Part shown: positions 41,190 to 49,905 of the stretch, in pieces
Layout of the letters: every line of letters begins with the position of its first letter
Position numbering within the stretch: the stretch's first letter is position 1
From: an uncultured bacterium
GTDB lineage: Bacteria; Krumholzibacteriota; Krumholzibacteriia; LZORAL124-64-63
Length of the DNA: 64,000 nucleotides
Direction of reading: 5' to 3'
Assembly (NCBI GenBank): GCA_963732385.1
Contig: CAVSZB010000007.1
Coordinates: 416,001 to 480,000, forward strand
Notes under the pieces: generated by a model
Told to the model about the DNA's origin: nothing
The model's database searches: none
The model's input: the letters and a program-made list of their open reading frames with translations, nothing else
Position numbers and translations under genes: made by a program

Positions 41190-43247
41190 TCAGCGCAGGA
41201 TCGACACCAGTTCCTGCAGGATCTGATCACCGGTGGTGATTACGCGCGCATTGGCCTGGAAGGCCCGCTGCGCCACGACCAGCCGGGTGAACTGCTCCGC
41301 CAGATCGACGTTGGATGACTCGAGGGTCCCCGGTGACAGGGTGATGCCGCTGGTGGAGTCGGCGAAGGTTGTCAACGCCTCGCCCGAGTTGCCGCTGGCG
41401 ATGAAGGTGTTCGAGGCGCCGCGGGAAAGCCCCTCGGGATTGCTGAACTGGGCGATGGCGATGCGGCCGAGATCGCGCACCGTGTCATTGGAGAATCGCC
41501 CGACGATGCACCCCCCCTTGTCGATCTCGAAGTCGATCAGGCTGCCCATCGTGAAGCCGTTGGCGAGCGACTTGAGACTGCCGGCGGACGCGAACTGCGT
41601 CATGCCGTTGAGACCGCCGATGTCGCCGAAGTCCAGGGTGACGGACACCGGCTCGGCCCCCTCTATGCCGGTGGCCTGGGGCAGGAAAGTCAGCGCGCTG
41701 CTGCCATCGTTGAAGATGAAGCTGCTGATCAGCCCGGAATCGGTGAAGCGGACCCGACCGGAGCCCCCCGACTGGATCTCCTCATCATTCTCCGTGGCGG
41801 CCACCCAGGCCCACTCGTTCAGGCCGGCCTCCTTCTGGAACGTGAAGCGCAGCGTGTGAGTGTTGCCCAGCGAATCGTAGACGGTGGTGGCCACCGAGTA
41901 ATCGCTGGCGTCGCGCGCCTGCTGCGTCTGAGTGAAATTCATCGCCGTCTCGAGCGCGCTGTTGGAGGTGCTGACCTCGAGGATGGAGAGCTCGCCGATG
42001 GCGTTGTCGATCCCCACGTCACCGACCACCTGGATGCTCCCGGACTCGTCCATCGTCACCGGCGTGCCGGTGATGTTGAACGTCGCCTGCAACGCGGTCA
42101 GCAAATCGCCGACAGTGGTGTCGGCCGCGACGGCGAGTTGACCCGGGGTGACCACGCTGTCGCCGCGCGTGCCGGAGATTTCGAGCACCGAGGAGCCGGG
42201 CGTGAGATTGAGAAGGTCGCCGTCGAGATTGTAGATATCGGTAAGCCGGTCGCTCTCCGTGGCTGCGGCGCGCAATTCACGGGTCGCGCCGGTCGTGCCG
42301 GTGGCGATCAAAGCGTCGAAGCGCATGTTCTGGTTGAAGTCGACCCGGGTGCCGCTGGAGAGTTGCAGGTTGGTGAGGGCCGCGCCGGAGGCGTTCGCGG
42401 CGGTGAGGGCTCCGGTGGCGGCGTCGATGGCGAACGTGACGTTGTGCCCTGCCGCCTGGAATTTCGTCGTGAGCCACGTGGCCATATCCGTCAGCGTGTC
42501 GCCGCCAATCAGGGGATCGGACGCGCCGACCTGGAACAGTCCGGGATTGAACAGCGCCCCGTCGAAGTATCCCGTGACCGTGATGCGGTCCCCCTGGACC
42601 AGGTTCAGGTCGGCGCCGCCCTGTCCGTGCAGGCCTTCCAGGGCGTCGGCGCCGGACGCCCGCGCCAAAAAGACCGGCGAACTCAACTCGGTGCCGAGGG
42701 CGTCGGAGTCGGCATCCAGATTGCCGAACAGCTGCACGGAGTCCGAGGCCTCGGCCGGCATGACCGCCGACGGATCGATGTAGAGATCCTCGAGCGCGCC
42801 GGGCTGGATGACCCCATCCGCGTCGGCCAAGCGGCCCTGGACCTTCAGGCCGGTGGACGGATCGACCAGGTAGTAGTCGCGGTCGAGGCCGAACGCCCCG
42901 GCGCGCGAGTAGGAGTTCGTGGCGCCGTTGCTGAGAATGAAGAATCCCCGCCCCTGGATGGCCAGGTCGGTTTTCAGCCCGGTGCTGCGCAGGTCGCCCT
43001 GCGCGAAATCCGAGCCGATGCTGCCGACCAGGGTTCCCAGCCCGATCTGCTGCGCGTTGGTGCCGCCCAGTCCGCCGGTCGATGGGCGCGACGCCGGACG
43101 CAGCGTCTGGGTCAGCATCTCCTGGAAGGTGACGCGGCTGCCCTTGAATCCGACCGTGTTGGAGTTGGCAATGTTATTGCCGATGACGTCGAGTTCCACC
43201 ATGTTGGCTTTGAGACCGGACACGCCCGCGAACATCGACCGAATCAT
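41190..43247 (-). CDS. flgE: Flagellar hook protein FlgE (long form, 685 aa)
   Basis: SGL..LDVIGNNIANSNTVGFK, DLAIQGRGFF, YSRAGAF, VYDSLG, LESSNVDLAEQF..AQRAFQANAR. Confidence 0.96.
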   Translation of the reverse strand: MIRSMFAGVSGLKANMVELDVIGNNIANSNTVGFKGSRVTFQEMLTQTLRPASRPSTGGLGGTNAQQIGLGTLVGSIGSDFAQGDLRSTGLKTDLAIQGRGFFILSNGATNSYSRAGAFGLDRDYYLVDPSTGLKVQGRLADADGVIQPGALEDLYIDPSAVMPAEASDSVQLFGNLDADSDALGTELSSPVFLARASGADALEGLHGQGGADLNLVQGDRITVTGYFDGALFNPGLFQVGASDPLIGGDTLTDMATWLTTKFQAAGHNVTFAIDAATGALTAANASGAALTNLQLSSGTRVDFNQNMRFDALIATGTTGATRELRAAATESDRLTDIYNLDGDLLNLTPGSSVLEISGTRGDSVVTPGQLAVAADTTVGDLLTALQATFNITGTPVTMDESGSIQVVGDVGIDNAIGELSILEVSTSNSALETAMNFTQTQQARDASDYSVATTVYDSLGNTHTLRFTFQKEAGLNEWAWVAATENDEEIQSGGSGRVRFTDSGLISSFIFNDGSSALTFLPQATGIEGAEPVSVTLDFGDIGGLNGMTQFASAGSLKSLANGFTMGSLIDFEIDKGGCIVGRFSNDTVRDLGRIAIAQFSNPEGLSRGASNTFIASGNSGEALTTFADSTSGITLSPGTLESSNVDLAEQFTRLVVAQRAFQANARVITTGDQILQELVSILR

Positions 43248-43303
43248 GATAGCCTCCCTTGGGATACGCTCCTGCCGTCGGCGCGCCGCGCGCGCCGACG
43301 CGG

Positions 43304-43954
43304 TTATCTGCTGACCTGTGCGATTTCGGACACGTAATATTCGCTGCCTGCGACGGTCACCATCGCAATGCCGTTCTCGAACCGCAGGCTGTCCACGAGC
43401 GCGGTGACGAACTGGGTTGTAGTCACCGGATTGCCGCTGCGGTCCTGCATGCTGATCTCGTAGGTGTATTCTCCGTCCGGCGCGACGCTGCCGTCGGCGA
43501 GACGGCCGCTCCAGGTGACATCATCCCAACCCGCGGTCACTTCCTGGTTGTAGGTGGAGACCACCTGGCCGGCCGCATTTTTGACGGTGACCGTCGCGGT
43601 CCCACCTGTCGATGCCTGCACCTTCAGGGGCGAAATCTCGCCGTCCTGCACGGCGAAGCGGTTGCCCGGCACGGTAACCCGCCGCCCGACCAGATCGAGC
43701 AGCAGCGTGTTGTTGAGCGATTGCGACACCGTCATGTTCTCGCCGAGCGCGTCGTTGATCTTCTGCAACTGCTCGAGCGAAGTGAACTGCGTCAACTGGC
43801 TGATGAACTGCTGGTTGTCCATGGGACTGAACGGATCCTGGTTCTGGATCTGCGTCACGAGCAGGGACATGAACTGATTCATGCCCAGATCTTCGTTAGC
43901 GGCGGTAGTGGTGCTGTATGTGCTGCTGCCGCCCTGCACGGAAGTCACCGCCAT
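43304..43954 (-). CDS. flgD: Hook capping protein FlgD
   Basis: FMSLLVTQIQNQDPFSPMDNQQFISQLTQFTSLEQ followed by an Ig-like domain. Confidence 0.95.
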   Translation of the reverse strand: MAVTSVQGGSSTYSTTTAANEDLGMNQFMSLLVTQIQNQDPFSPMDNQQFISQLTQFTSLEQLQKINDALGENMTVSQSLNNTLLLDLVGRRVTVPGNRFAVQDGEISPLKVQASTGGTATVTVKNAAGQVVSTYNQEVTAGWDDVTWSGRLADGSVAPDGEYTYEISMQDRSGNPVTTTQFVTALVDSLRFENGIAMVTVAGSEYYVSEIAQVSR

Positions 43955-43987
43955 GATCCCGCCTCCTTCCCGGGCCACTCGGCCCGC

Positions 43988-45754
43988 TCAATCATCGTCG
44001 CGTGTCTGGCGACGCCGGGATGGCTGTTCGCCCGGATCCTCGCCGTCGTTGCCCTCCGGAGGCGCCTCGTCCCGACCTGACGCCGGTTCGATCTTCACCT
44101 GCACGTCCTGCCACTTGCCGCCTGCGCCGGCCAGCGCATGCTGGAGTTCCCCCGCGCCGCTGCGCAACGCCCGCTCCGCCTCGGGGGTCTGCGCCGTGAG
44201 GGTGACGAGCAGTCGGCTTCCCTGGGGCTCGAACGACACCTCGACACGACCCAGCTGGGGCGGGTCGAGGCGCAGGGTGAGACGGCCGCCGGGCGCCGTG
44301 GCATCGCCGGAATGTTTCAGCAGCTGGATGGTGACCTGCCGGCTGACCGTGGCGGGCAGAGCTCCGGCGGCGCCGGGCTGTCCCCCTGCCCCGGCGGCAT
44401 CCGGAACCGCGGCGCCGGTGCTCATGCTTCCGGGGAGCGGGGATGCGGAGTCCTGGCCCATCGGGGCGAGGCTGGCCGCCAACCCGAGATTCGCCGCCTG
44501 CCAGGCCTCCGCAAGGCCTTGTCGGGGCATCGCGGTCGCCGGCGGTGGGACCATGGGCCCGGGCGAGTAAGTGTCGCTGCCGGGGCTTACTACTGCCGCC
44601 GTCACCTGAGCGGGAGGCGGAGCGGCCTGGGTGGCCGGCTGTACCGGGGCGGCCGCGGCCGGTGTCGGCGGGGCGGACGGCGCCACTGTCGCCGCGCCGC
44701 CTGAGGCTTGATTCCGTACCGTGGATGGCGCCGCCAACGCCGGCGGTACGGCGGCGGTCATACCGCCGGAGGTCGCGGCGGCAGAGGGGGCCGCCAGGGC
44801 CGGGCCGAGAAGATTCGGTTGCGGCGTTGCGGCCCCGGTTGCACAGGGGCCATTGCCGGCGTTGCCGACCGTCTCCGTCTCTGGAGCGGAAGGTACTTCC
44901 GACAACAGGACCGGCGGCCGTGCAGGGAGCACCGCTATCGAAATCTGGAAGGCGGACGCCGCCACTGTAGCCGCGCCGTCTGAGGCTTGATTCCGAAACG
45001 TGGACGGCATCGCCATCGCCGGCGGCCCGGCGGCGATCATCCCGCCGGCGGTCGCGGCGGCTGTGGTGGCCGCCAGGGCCGGATCGTCCCCGCCTGCCGG
45101 ACCGAGTAGATCCGGTTGCGGCGTTGCGGCCCCGGCTGCACAGGTGCCACTGCTGGCGCTACCGACCGTCTCCGGAGCGGAAGGTACGTCCGACAACAGG
45201 ACGGGCGGCTGAGCAGGGAGCACCGATGTCGCCGCGCTGCCGGAGGCCTGGTCCTGTCCCGTGAGCGGCGGCATTGGCAACGTCGGCCCGGCGGCGGTCG
45301 CGGCGGCTGTGGTGTCCGCCAGGGCCGGATCGTCCCCGTCTGCCGGACCGAGAAGATCCGGTCGCGGCGTTGCGGCCCCGGCTGCACAGGTCCCACTGCT
45401 GGCGCTGCCGACCGTCCCCGTCTCCGGAGCGGAAGGTACTTCCGACAACAGGGCCGGCAACTGTGCAGGGAGCACCGCTGTCGCCTCGCCGCCGCGGGCC
45501 TGGTCCTGTCCCGTCAGTGGCGGAATTGGCAACGTCGGCCCGGCGGCGATCGCCCGCCCGGCTGTCGCGGCGACCGGATTTCCCCCACTACACTGGCCGA
45601 GGAGATTCGGCGGCGGAGACTGGGCTAGCGCGACCGCCAGCAGGCCGGGAAAGGCCGCCGGGATATCGTCTGGACGCGTCGTGCGCACAGCCGCCGCCGG
45701 CCAGGCTGGACCGGTCCGGACGGCCGGGGAGCTTTCCTGCGCGGGCATCGCCAT
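43988..45754 (-). CDS. fliK: Hook-length control protein FliK
   Basis: Long Ala/Pro/Thr-rich N-region; C-terminal T3S4 domain LTLRLDPPQLGRVEV; upstream of flgD. Confidence 0.88.
   Translation of the reverse strand: MAMPAQESSPAVRTGPAWPAAAVRTTRPDDIPAAFPGLLAVALAQSPPPNLLGQCSGGNPVAATAGRAIAAGPTLPIPPLTGQDQARGGEATAVLPAQLPALLSEVPSAPETGTVGSASSGTCAAGAATPRPDLLGPADGDDPALADTTAAATAAGPTLPMPPLTGQDQASGSAATSVLPAQPPVLLSDVPSAPETVGSASSGTCAAGAATPQPDLLGPAGGDDPALAATTAAATAGGMIAAGPPAMAMPSTFRNQASDGAATVAASAFQISIAVLPARPPVLLSEVPSAPETETVGNAGNGPCATGAATPQPNLLGPALAAPSAAATSGGMTAAVPPALAAPSTVRNQASGGAATVAPSAPPTPAAAAPVQPATQAAPPPAQVTAAVVSPGSDTYSPGPMVPPPATAMPRQGLAEAWQAANLGLAASLAPMGQDSASPLPGSMSTGAAVPDAAGAGGQPGAAGALPATVSRQVTIQLLKHSGDATAPGGRLTLRLDPPQLGRVEVSFEPQGSRLLVTLTAQTPEAERALRSGAGELQHALAGAGGKWQDVQVKIEPASGRDEAPPEGNDGEDPGEQPSRRRQTRDDD
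44690..45548 (-). repeat. In-frame tandem repeat, about 3.3 copies of 252-279 bp, within fliK
   Basis: Recurring LLSEVPSAPET..G.C.AGAATP.P.LLGPA. DNA anchors recur at 45533/45281 (252 bp), 45285/45024 (261 bp) and 44981/44702 (279 bp). Confidence 0.9.
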
Positions 45755-46281
45755 CAGCCGATTCCCTTTCCGCTCAGCCGGGCGCTGATCTGCGCCGCCA
45801 GCCCGGCGTCCATGTTCGCGAGGATGCGGGCCGCGGGGCGTTCCTTCATCCGCCGGATGATGTCGAGCACGATATCCATCTCCAGCGTGGCCAGGATCGG
45901 CGCGGCCTTATCCGGTTTCATCGCCTCATACAGCTTGGCCAGCTTGTCGGCGGCGCGGGCGTGCGTGTCATCCAGCCCGATCGTCGTCACACGCAGCGAA
46001 TCGAGCATGCCCTGCAGCAGCGCCTGGTGATCGGCGAGCATCTTCTCCTCGACCGCCTGACGCGTACGCAGGGTCAGCAGATCCTCCTTGTCGCGCTGCA
46101 CGCGGTCCCGCTCGACCTCAAGGTCGGCGAACGCGCGCTCGGCGGAGGCCAGATCCTCCGGCGTGAGGCCGGCGACGGCAGGCGCGGCGGTGCGCGCCTG
46201 CGGAATCACGCCACTGAGCACGACGATCCCGCCGAAGATCAGGGCGAAAGTGATGACCGAGATGATGACGATGCTCTTCAT
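45754..46281 (-). CDS. MotE/FlbB-like (MgtE N-terminal-like) flagellar protein
   Basis: N-terminal TM, coiled coil, KLAKLYEAMKPDKAAPIL..MKERPAARILANM; lies between fliJ and fliK. Confidence 0.82.
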   Translation of the reverse strand: MKSIVIISVITFALIFGGIVVLSGVIPQARTAAPAVAGLTPEDLASAERAFADLEVERDRVQRDKEDLLTLRTRQAVEEKMLADHQALLQGMLDSLRVTTIGLDDTHARAADKLAKLYEAMKPDKAAPILATLEMDIVLDIIRRMKERPAARILANMDAGLAAQISARLSGKGIG

Positions 46282-46308
46282 CTGTTCCTCCTGCCGGGAA
46301 TCCGCTTA

Positions 46309-46324
46309 GGCAACCCCGGTGCCA
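46309..46324 (-). promoter_or_regulatory. Sigma54 -24/-12 promoter for the motE-like-fliK-flgDE unit
   Basis: TGGCACCGGGGTTGCC, intergenic, 28 nt before the start codon. Confidence 0.8.
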
Positions 46325-46447
46325 GTATCCGAGCCCGTTGTCACCACTCCGCTGCCCGGCTTCGTGCAGACGGGGCGTCCCCTTCATGGATCGTGCCGCT
46401 CGAGGCGGCAGATCGCGCCCCCGCGATGGCGGCAAGAGTTGCCCGCC

Positions 46448-46900
46448 TCAGATCGGACAGTCGCGGTCGTGTCCCGCATGGCGCCGACCGCCGATATCGT
46501 CGAGTTCGCGCCGTTCCCGCCGCCGTTCCTCGTCATCCCAGACCTGGCGCTGGCGCGCCTCGAGACGCACCAGGACCTCCTTCTCCCGGTGGGCCAGCAG
46601 CAGGCGCTGGCGCTGCGCGCCCAGCGCTGCTGCGGCTTCCCGCTCGCGCACCTGCAAACCCCTCAGGCGATCCGTCTGGACCGTCAGCCAGGTGGCAAGC
46701 AGTCGCCACTGCGCTACGTCGCCGCCTTCGCACCGCGGGCGTTCTCCCTCTCGCGCCAATCGGGTCAGTTCCGTCTCCAGCCGGACCCGGTCCCGACGCG
46801 CCTGCCGCAGCGCTTCGGCCGCCGCGCGCATTTTCCGCGCTTCCTCGTCCACGCGTCGTTCGCGCCAGCGCAGCACCTTGGCCAGCCGGAAACGGAACAT
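46448..46900 (-). CDS. fliJ: Flagellar export chaperone FliJ
   Basis: MFRFRLAKVLRWR..EKEVLVRLE..ELDD, coiled coil; follows fliI. Confidence 0.88.
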   Translation of the reverse strand: MFRFRLAKVLRWRERRVDEEARKMRAAAEALRQARRDRVRLETELTRLAREGERPRCEGGDVAQWRLLATWLTVQTDRLRGLQVREREAAAALGAQRQRLLLAHREKEVLVRLEARQRQVWDDEERRRERRELDDIGGRRHAGHDRDCPI

Positions 46901-48219
46901 CACGCGGCCGCCAGGGCGCGGAGCCGCGCGCAGGTATCGTCCAGAGGCGCGGGATCGGCCACTGCCTGGCACAGAAACGTCCGCACGTCACCCTGGCGCG
47001 CCAACGCGGTATCGACGAGCGGATCGGAACCCGGCACATAAGCGCCGATGTTGATCAGGTCGCGGTTCTCTTCGATCGCCTTCAGCCAGCGCAGCACCTG
47101 TCCGCCGGAGGCCAGCAGGTCCGGCGCCACGATTTCCTGGCGCAGGCGACTGATGCTGCCCAGCACGTCGATCGCCGGGTAATGCCCCTCGCGGGCCAGA
47201 TCGCGGCTCAGCATGACGTGCCCGTCCAGGATGGAGCGCATGGCGTCGCCCACCGGGTCGTGGATGTCGTCCCCCTCGATCAAAACCGTGAAGAAGGCGG
47301 TGATGGCGTTGATCGCGGACCAGCCGGCCCGTTCACAGAGGCGCGGCAACGCCGCGAAGACGGACGGGGTGTAGCCCTTCGTCGTGGGCGGCTCGCCGGC
47401 GGCGAGGCCGATCTCGCGCAGCGCCATGGCGAAGCGGGTGGCCGAATCCATGAGGAAGAGCACGTTGTGGTCCGCCTCGCGGAAACTCTCGGCGATCGCC
47501 ATGGCGGTTTCGGCCCCCTTCGCGCGCAGGACAGCGCTTTCGTCGGAGGTCACGACGACGACCACGCTGCGGGCCAGCCCCTCCGGGCCGAGATCGCGCT
47601 CGATGAACTCCCGCACTTCGCGTCCGCGCTCGCCGATCAGCGCCAGGACGTTCACGTCCACACGGGCGTTGCGCGCGAGCATGCCGAGCAGCACGCTCTT
47701 GCCGACCCCGCTGCCGGCGAAGATGCCCATCCGCTGTCCGCACGCCACCGTGATCAGCGCATCCACCGAGCGGATGCCGGTGGTCAGTACATCCTCGCAG
47801 CGTCGCCGCGAGAGCGCCGGAGGCGGGGCTCCGCCGACGCGCCGACGCGGCAGCCCGGCCAGTGGCGGTCCGCCGTCGATTGGCTCACCGAGTCCGTTCA
47901 AGACGCGGCCGAGCAGTTCCGGTCCGGTCGGAACGGTCAGGTCACGCGCCACCAACTGGGCCCGCTGGCCCGGCGCGAGGCCCGCCGGCGACCCGTACGG
48001 CATGAGCAGCAGAGTATCGGAGCGGAACCCGACGACTTCGCATAGCACCGGCGGCGAGTTCCGGCCAGCCTCGATGCGGCAGAGCGAGCCGACCGGCGCG
48101 GCCAGGCCACCCACCTCGACGATCAGCCCGACCAGCTTTTCCACGCGTCCCACGGCGCGGATCGGGTTGGCGAGACGAACCGCGGCGGCGGCGTCAGGCC
48201 AGGGCAGGACCAGAGACAT
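46900..48219 (-). CDS. fliI: Flagellar export ATPase FliI
   Basis: GQRMGIFAGSGVGKS, LIGERGREV, GEPPTTKGY, SILDGH. Confidence 0.97.
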   Translation of the reverse strand: MSLVLPWPDAAAAVRLANPIRAVGRVEKLVGLIVEVGGLAAPVGSLCRIEAGRNSPPVLCEVVGFRSDTLLLMPYGSPAGLAPGQRAQLVARDLTVPTGPELLGRVLNGLGEPIDGGPPLAGLPRRRVGGAPPPALSRRRCEDVLTTGIRSVDALITVACGQRMGIFAGSGVGKSVLLGMLARNARVDVNVLALIGERGREVREFIERDLGPEGLARSVVVVVTSDESAVLRAKGAETAMAIAESFREADHNVLFLMDSATRFAMALREIGLAAGEPPTTKGYTPSVFAALPRLCERAGWSAINAITAFFTVLIEGDDIHDPVGDAMRSILDGHVMLSRDLAREGHYPAIDVLGSISRLRQEIVAPDLLASGGQVLRWLKAIEENRDLINIGAYVPGSDPLVDTALARQGDVRTFLCQAVADPAPLDDTCARLRALAAA

Positions 48220-48901
48220 CTCCGCTCCCTCCCCCCGGCGACGACGCGCCGGCCAGCGCCGCTTCGACCGCCTCCGCCAGAGCCGCGAGCTGCCCGTTCA
48301 CCGTGGCGTCCCACTCGCGGCGATCGGCGATGGCCAGCGCGCCGCCGCGCGTCATGCGGCGATCGGGCTGCACCGCCTCGATCCGCAGCCGGGCGCGCAG
48401 TTCGGGCTGGTCGTCGAGCCAGACGGCGTCGTCCGGGTGCACGGTCACCGTCAAAGGAGCACTCGCCGGCAGACGCAACAGCAGGTCCTCCAGCGCGCGC
48501 GCCACGATCGCCGGGTCGGCCGCCACTTCGCGCCGCACGATCCGCTCAGCCACGATCAGGGCAAGGTCGGCCGCGCTGCGCGCCACGCCTTCGAGCACGG
48601 CCTGCGTTTCGGCCTCGAGCGCGGCGGCCAGACCGTGGGCGAACTCCATTGTCTGCTCCTGTTGCCGTCGGCTGCGCTCGTCCTCGCGCGCGAGCACGGA
48701 GGCCTCCACCTCCTGCGTGATTCGCGCCCGCACCGTCGCCTGCTCCGCAGGCGCGAGCGCTGCCAGCGGATCCGCGTCCGCGGCGGAGCCGTACTCGGCC
48801 CGGAAGCCGCAGGCGAGGCCGCCGATGGGGGCCGGACCGAAGGGAGAGAATCCGTCGCGCGACATCGGCGCGTCGAACGTCTCAGGCGACCATTTCCGCA
48901 C
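48194..48901 (-). CDS. fliH: Flagellar assembly protein FliH
   Basis: Lies between fliG and fliI; LALIVAERIVRREV..VTVHPDD..GGALA. Confidence 0.85.
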   Translation of the reverse strand: MRKWSPETFDAPMSRDGFSPFGPAPIGGLACGFRAEYGSAADADPLAALAPAEQATVRARITQEVEASVLAREDERSRRQQEQTMEFAHGLAAALEAETQAVLEGVARSAADLALIVAERIVRREVAADPAIVARALEDLLLRLPASAPLTVTVHPDDAVWLDDQPELRARLRIEAVQPDRRMTRGGALAIADRREWDATVNGQLAALAEAVEAALAGASSPGGGSGDVSGPALA

Positions 48902-49880
48902 CCTTGCCCCCCTTGCCGAGCACGATGGTGCCCGCTTCCTCGAGGCTGCGCACAACCTCCACGATCCGGGCCTGGGCATCCTGCACATCCTGTACGCGCA
49001 CCGGCCCCATGAACTCCATGTCCTCCTTGATGCCGATCACCGCGCGCTTGGACATGTTCTTGAAGATCCGGTTGCGGATCTCCGGAGTGGCACCCTTGAG
49101 CGACAGGGTGAGCTCCTTGCTGTCAATCTCCTTGAGGATCTCCTGGATGCCGCGGTCGTCGAGGTTGATCAGGTCCTCGAAGACGAACATGAGGCTTTTG
49201 ACTTCGGTGGCCGCCGCGTCATCGATCTCGCGCATTTCGTCGAGGATCTCCTGCCAGGTCTCCTTGTCGATTTCGTTCAGGATCTCCGCCACCTGTTTCT
49301 TGCCGCCGAACTGCCGCTGGGTCTGCGAGAACTCCCCCTGGACCTGCTTGGCGATGACACTTTCAACGAGCTCGAGCGCTTCGCGGTTCGGACGGCCCAA
49401 AGTGGCGATACGGTACGCGATGTCGCCCTGCATGGCGGCCGGCAGCAAGGCCAGGATCGGCCCGCTGTAGCGCGGATCCATGTGAGCCAGCACCAGCGCC
49501 GCTGTCTGGACGTGCTCGTTCTTGAGGTAGTTGGCGACGGTCAGCGGGTCGATGCGCTTGAGATTCTCGAAGCTGCGGATATCGCTGTAGCCGGTAGCGC
49601 GGCTGAGCATCGTGCTCGCCTTGTGGGTGCCCAGCGCCTCCTCAAGCATGCTTTTCGCATAGTCTTCACCGCCGAATTCGGTGCCTTTCACGCGCCGGCT
49701 GAGGGCGATGAATTCCGTGACCGCGAGGGTCTTCTCGTCGGCCGGGACCCGGCCGACCATCGCGATCGTGGCCGTGATCTTCTCGATGGCGTCTTCCGGC
49801 ATGCGCTTGATGATGGGACCGGCCACCTTGGGGCCGAGCGACATCAGCAGGATCGCCGCCTTGCGCATCCGCTCGTTCAA
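48882..49880 (-). CDS. fliG: Flagellar motor switch protein FliG
   Basis: KAAILLMSLG, EHVQ(T), GG, MFVFEDL, FMGPVR..AQ. Confidence 0.97.
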   Translation of the reverse strand: MNERMRKAAILLMSLGPKVAGPIIKRMPEDAIEKITATIAMVGRVPADEKTLAVTEFIALSRRVKGTEFGGEDYAKSMLEEALGTHKASTMLSRATGYSDIRSFENLKRIDPLTVANYLKNEHVQTAALVLAHMDPRYSGPILALLPAAMQGDIAYRIATLGRPNREALELVESVIAKQVQGEFSQTQRQFGGKKQVAEILNEIDKETWQEILDEMREIDDAAATEVKSLMFVFEDLINLDDRGIQEILKEIDSKELTLSLKGATPEIRNRIFKNMSKRAVIGIKEDMEFMGPVRVQDVQDAQARIVEVVRSLEEAGTIVLGKGGKGAEMVA

Positions 49881-49905
49881 CGCGTCACCACCTTGTACTT
49901 GTCAT

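Noticed and set aside
35733..41230. Apparent long N-terminal extensions or fusions on FliQ (376 aa), FliP (328 aa) and MotA (376 aa); likewise the CheY-like ORF at 25230-26177 (315 aa)
   Set aside because: Artefacts of longest-ORF calling. The extensions overlap neighbouring real genes or promoters, and downstream starts give normal sizes.
44690..45548. Possible CRISPR array or mobile-element repeat
   Set aside because: Units are 250-280 bp, in frame and degenerate inside fliK; no short repeat-spacer structure, cas gene or transposase.
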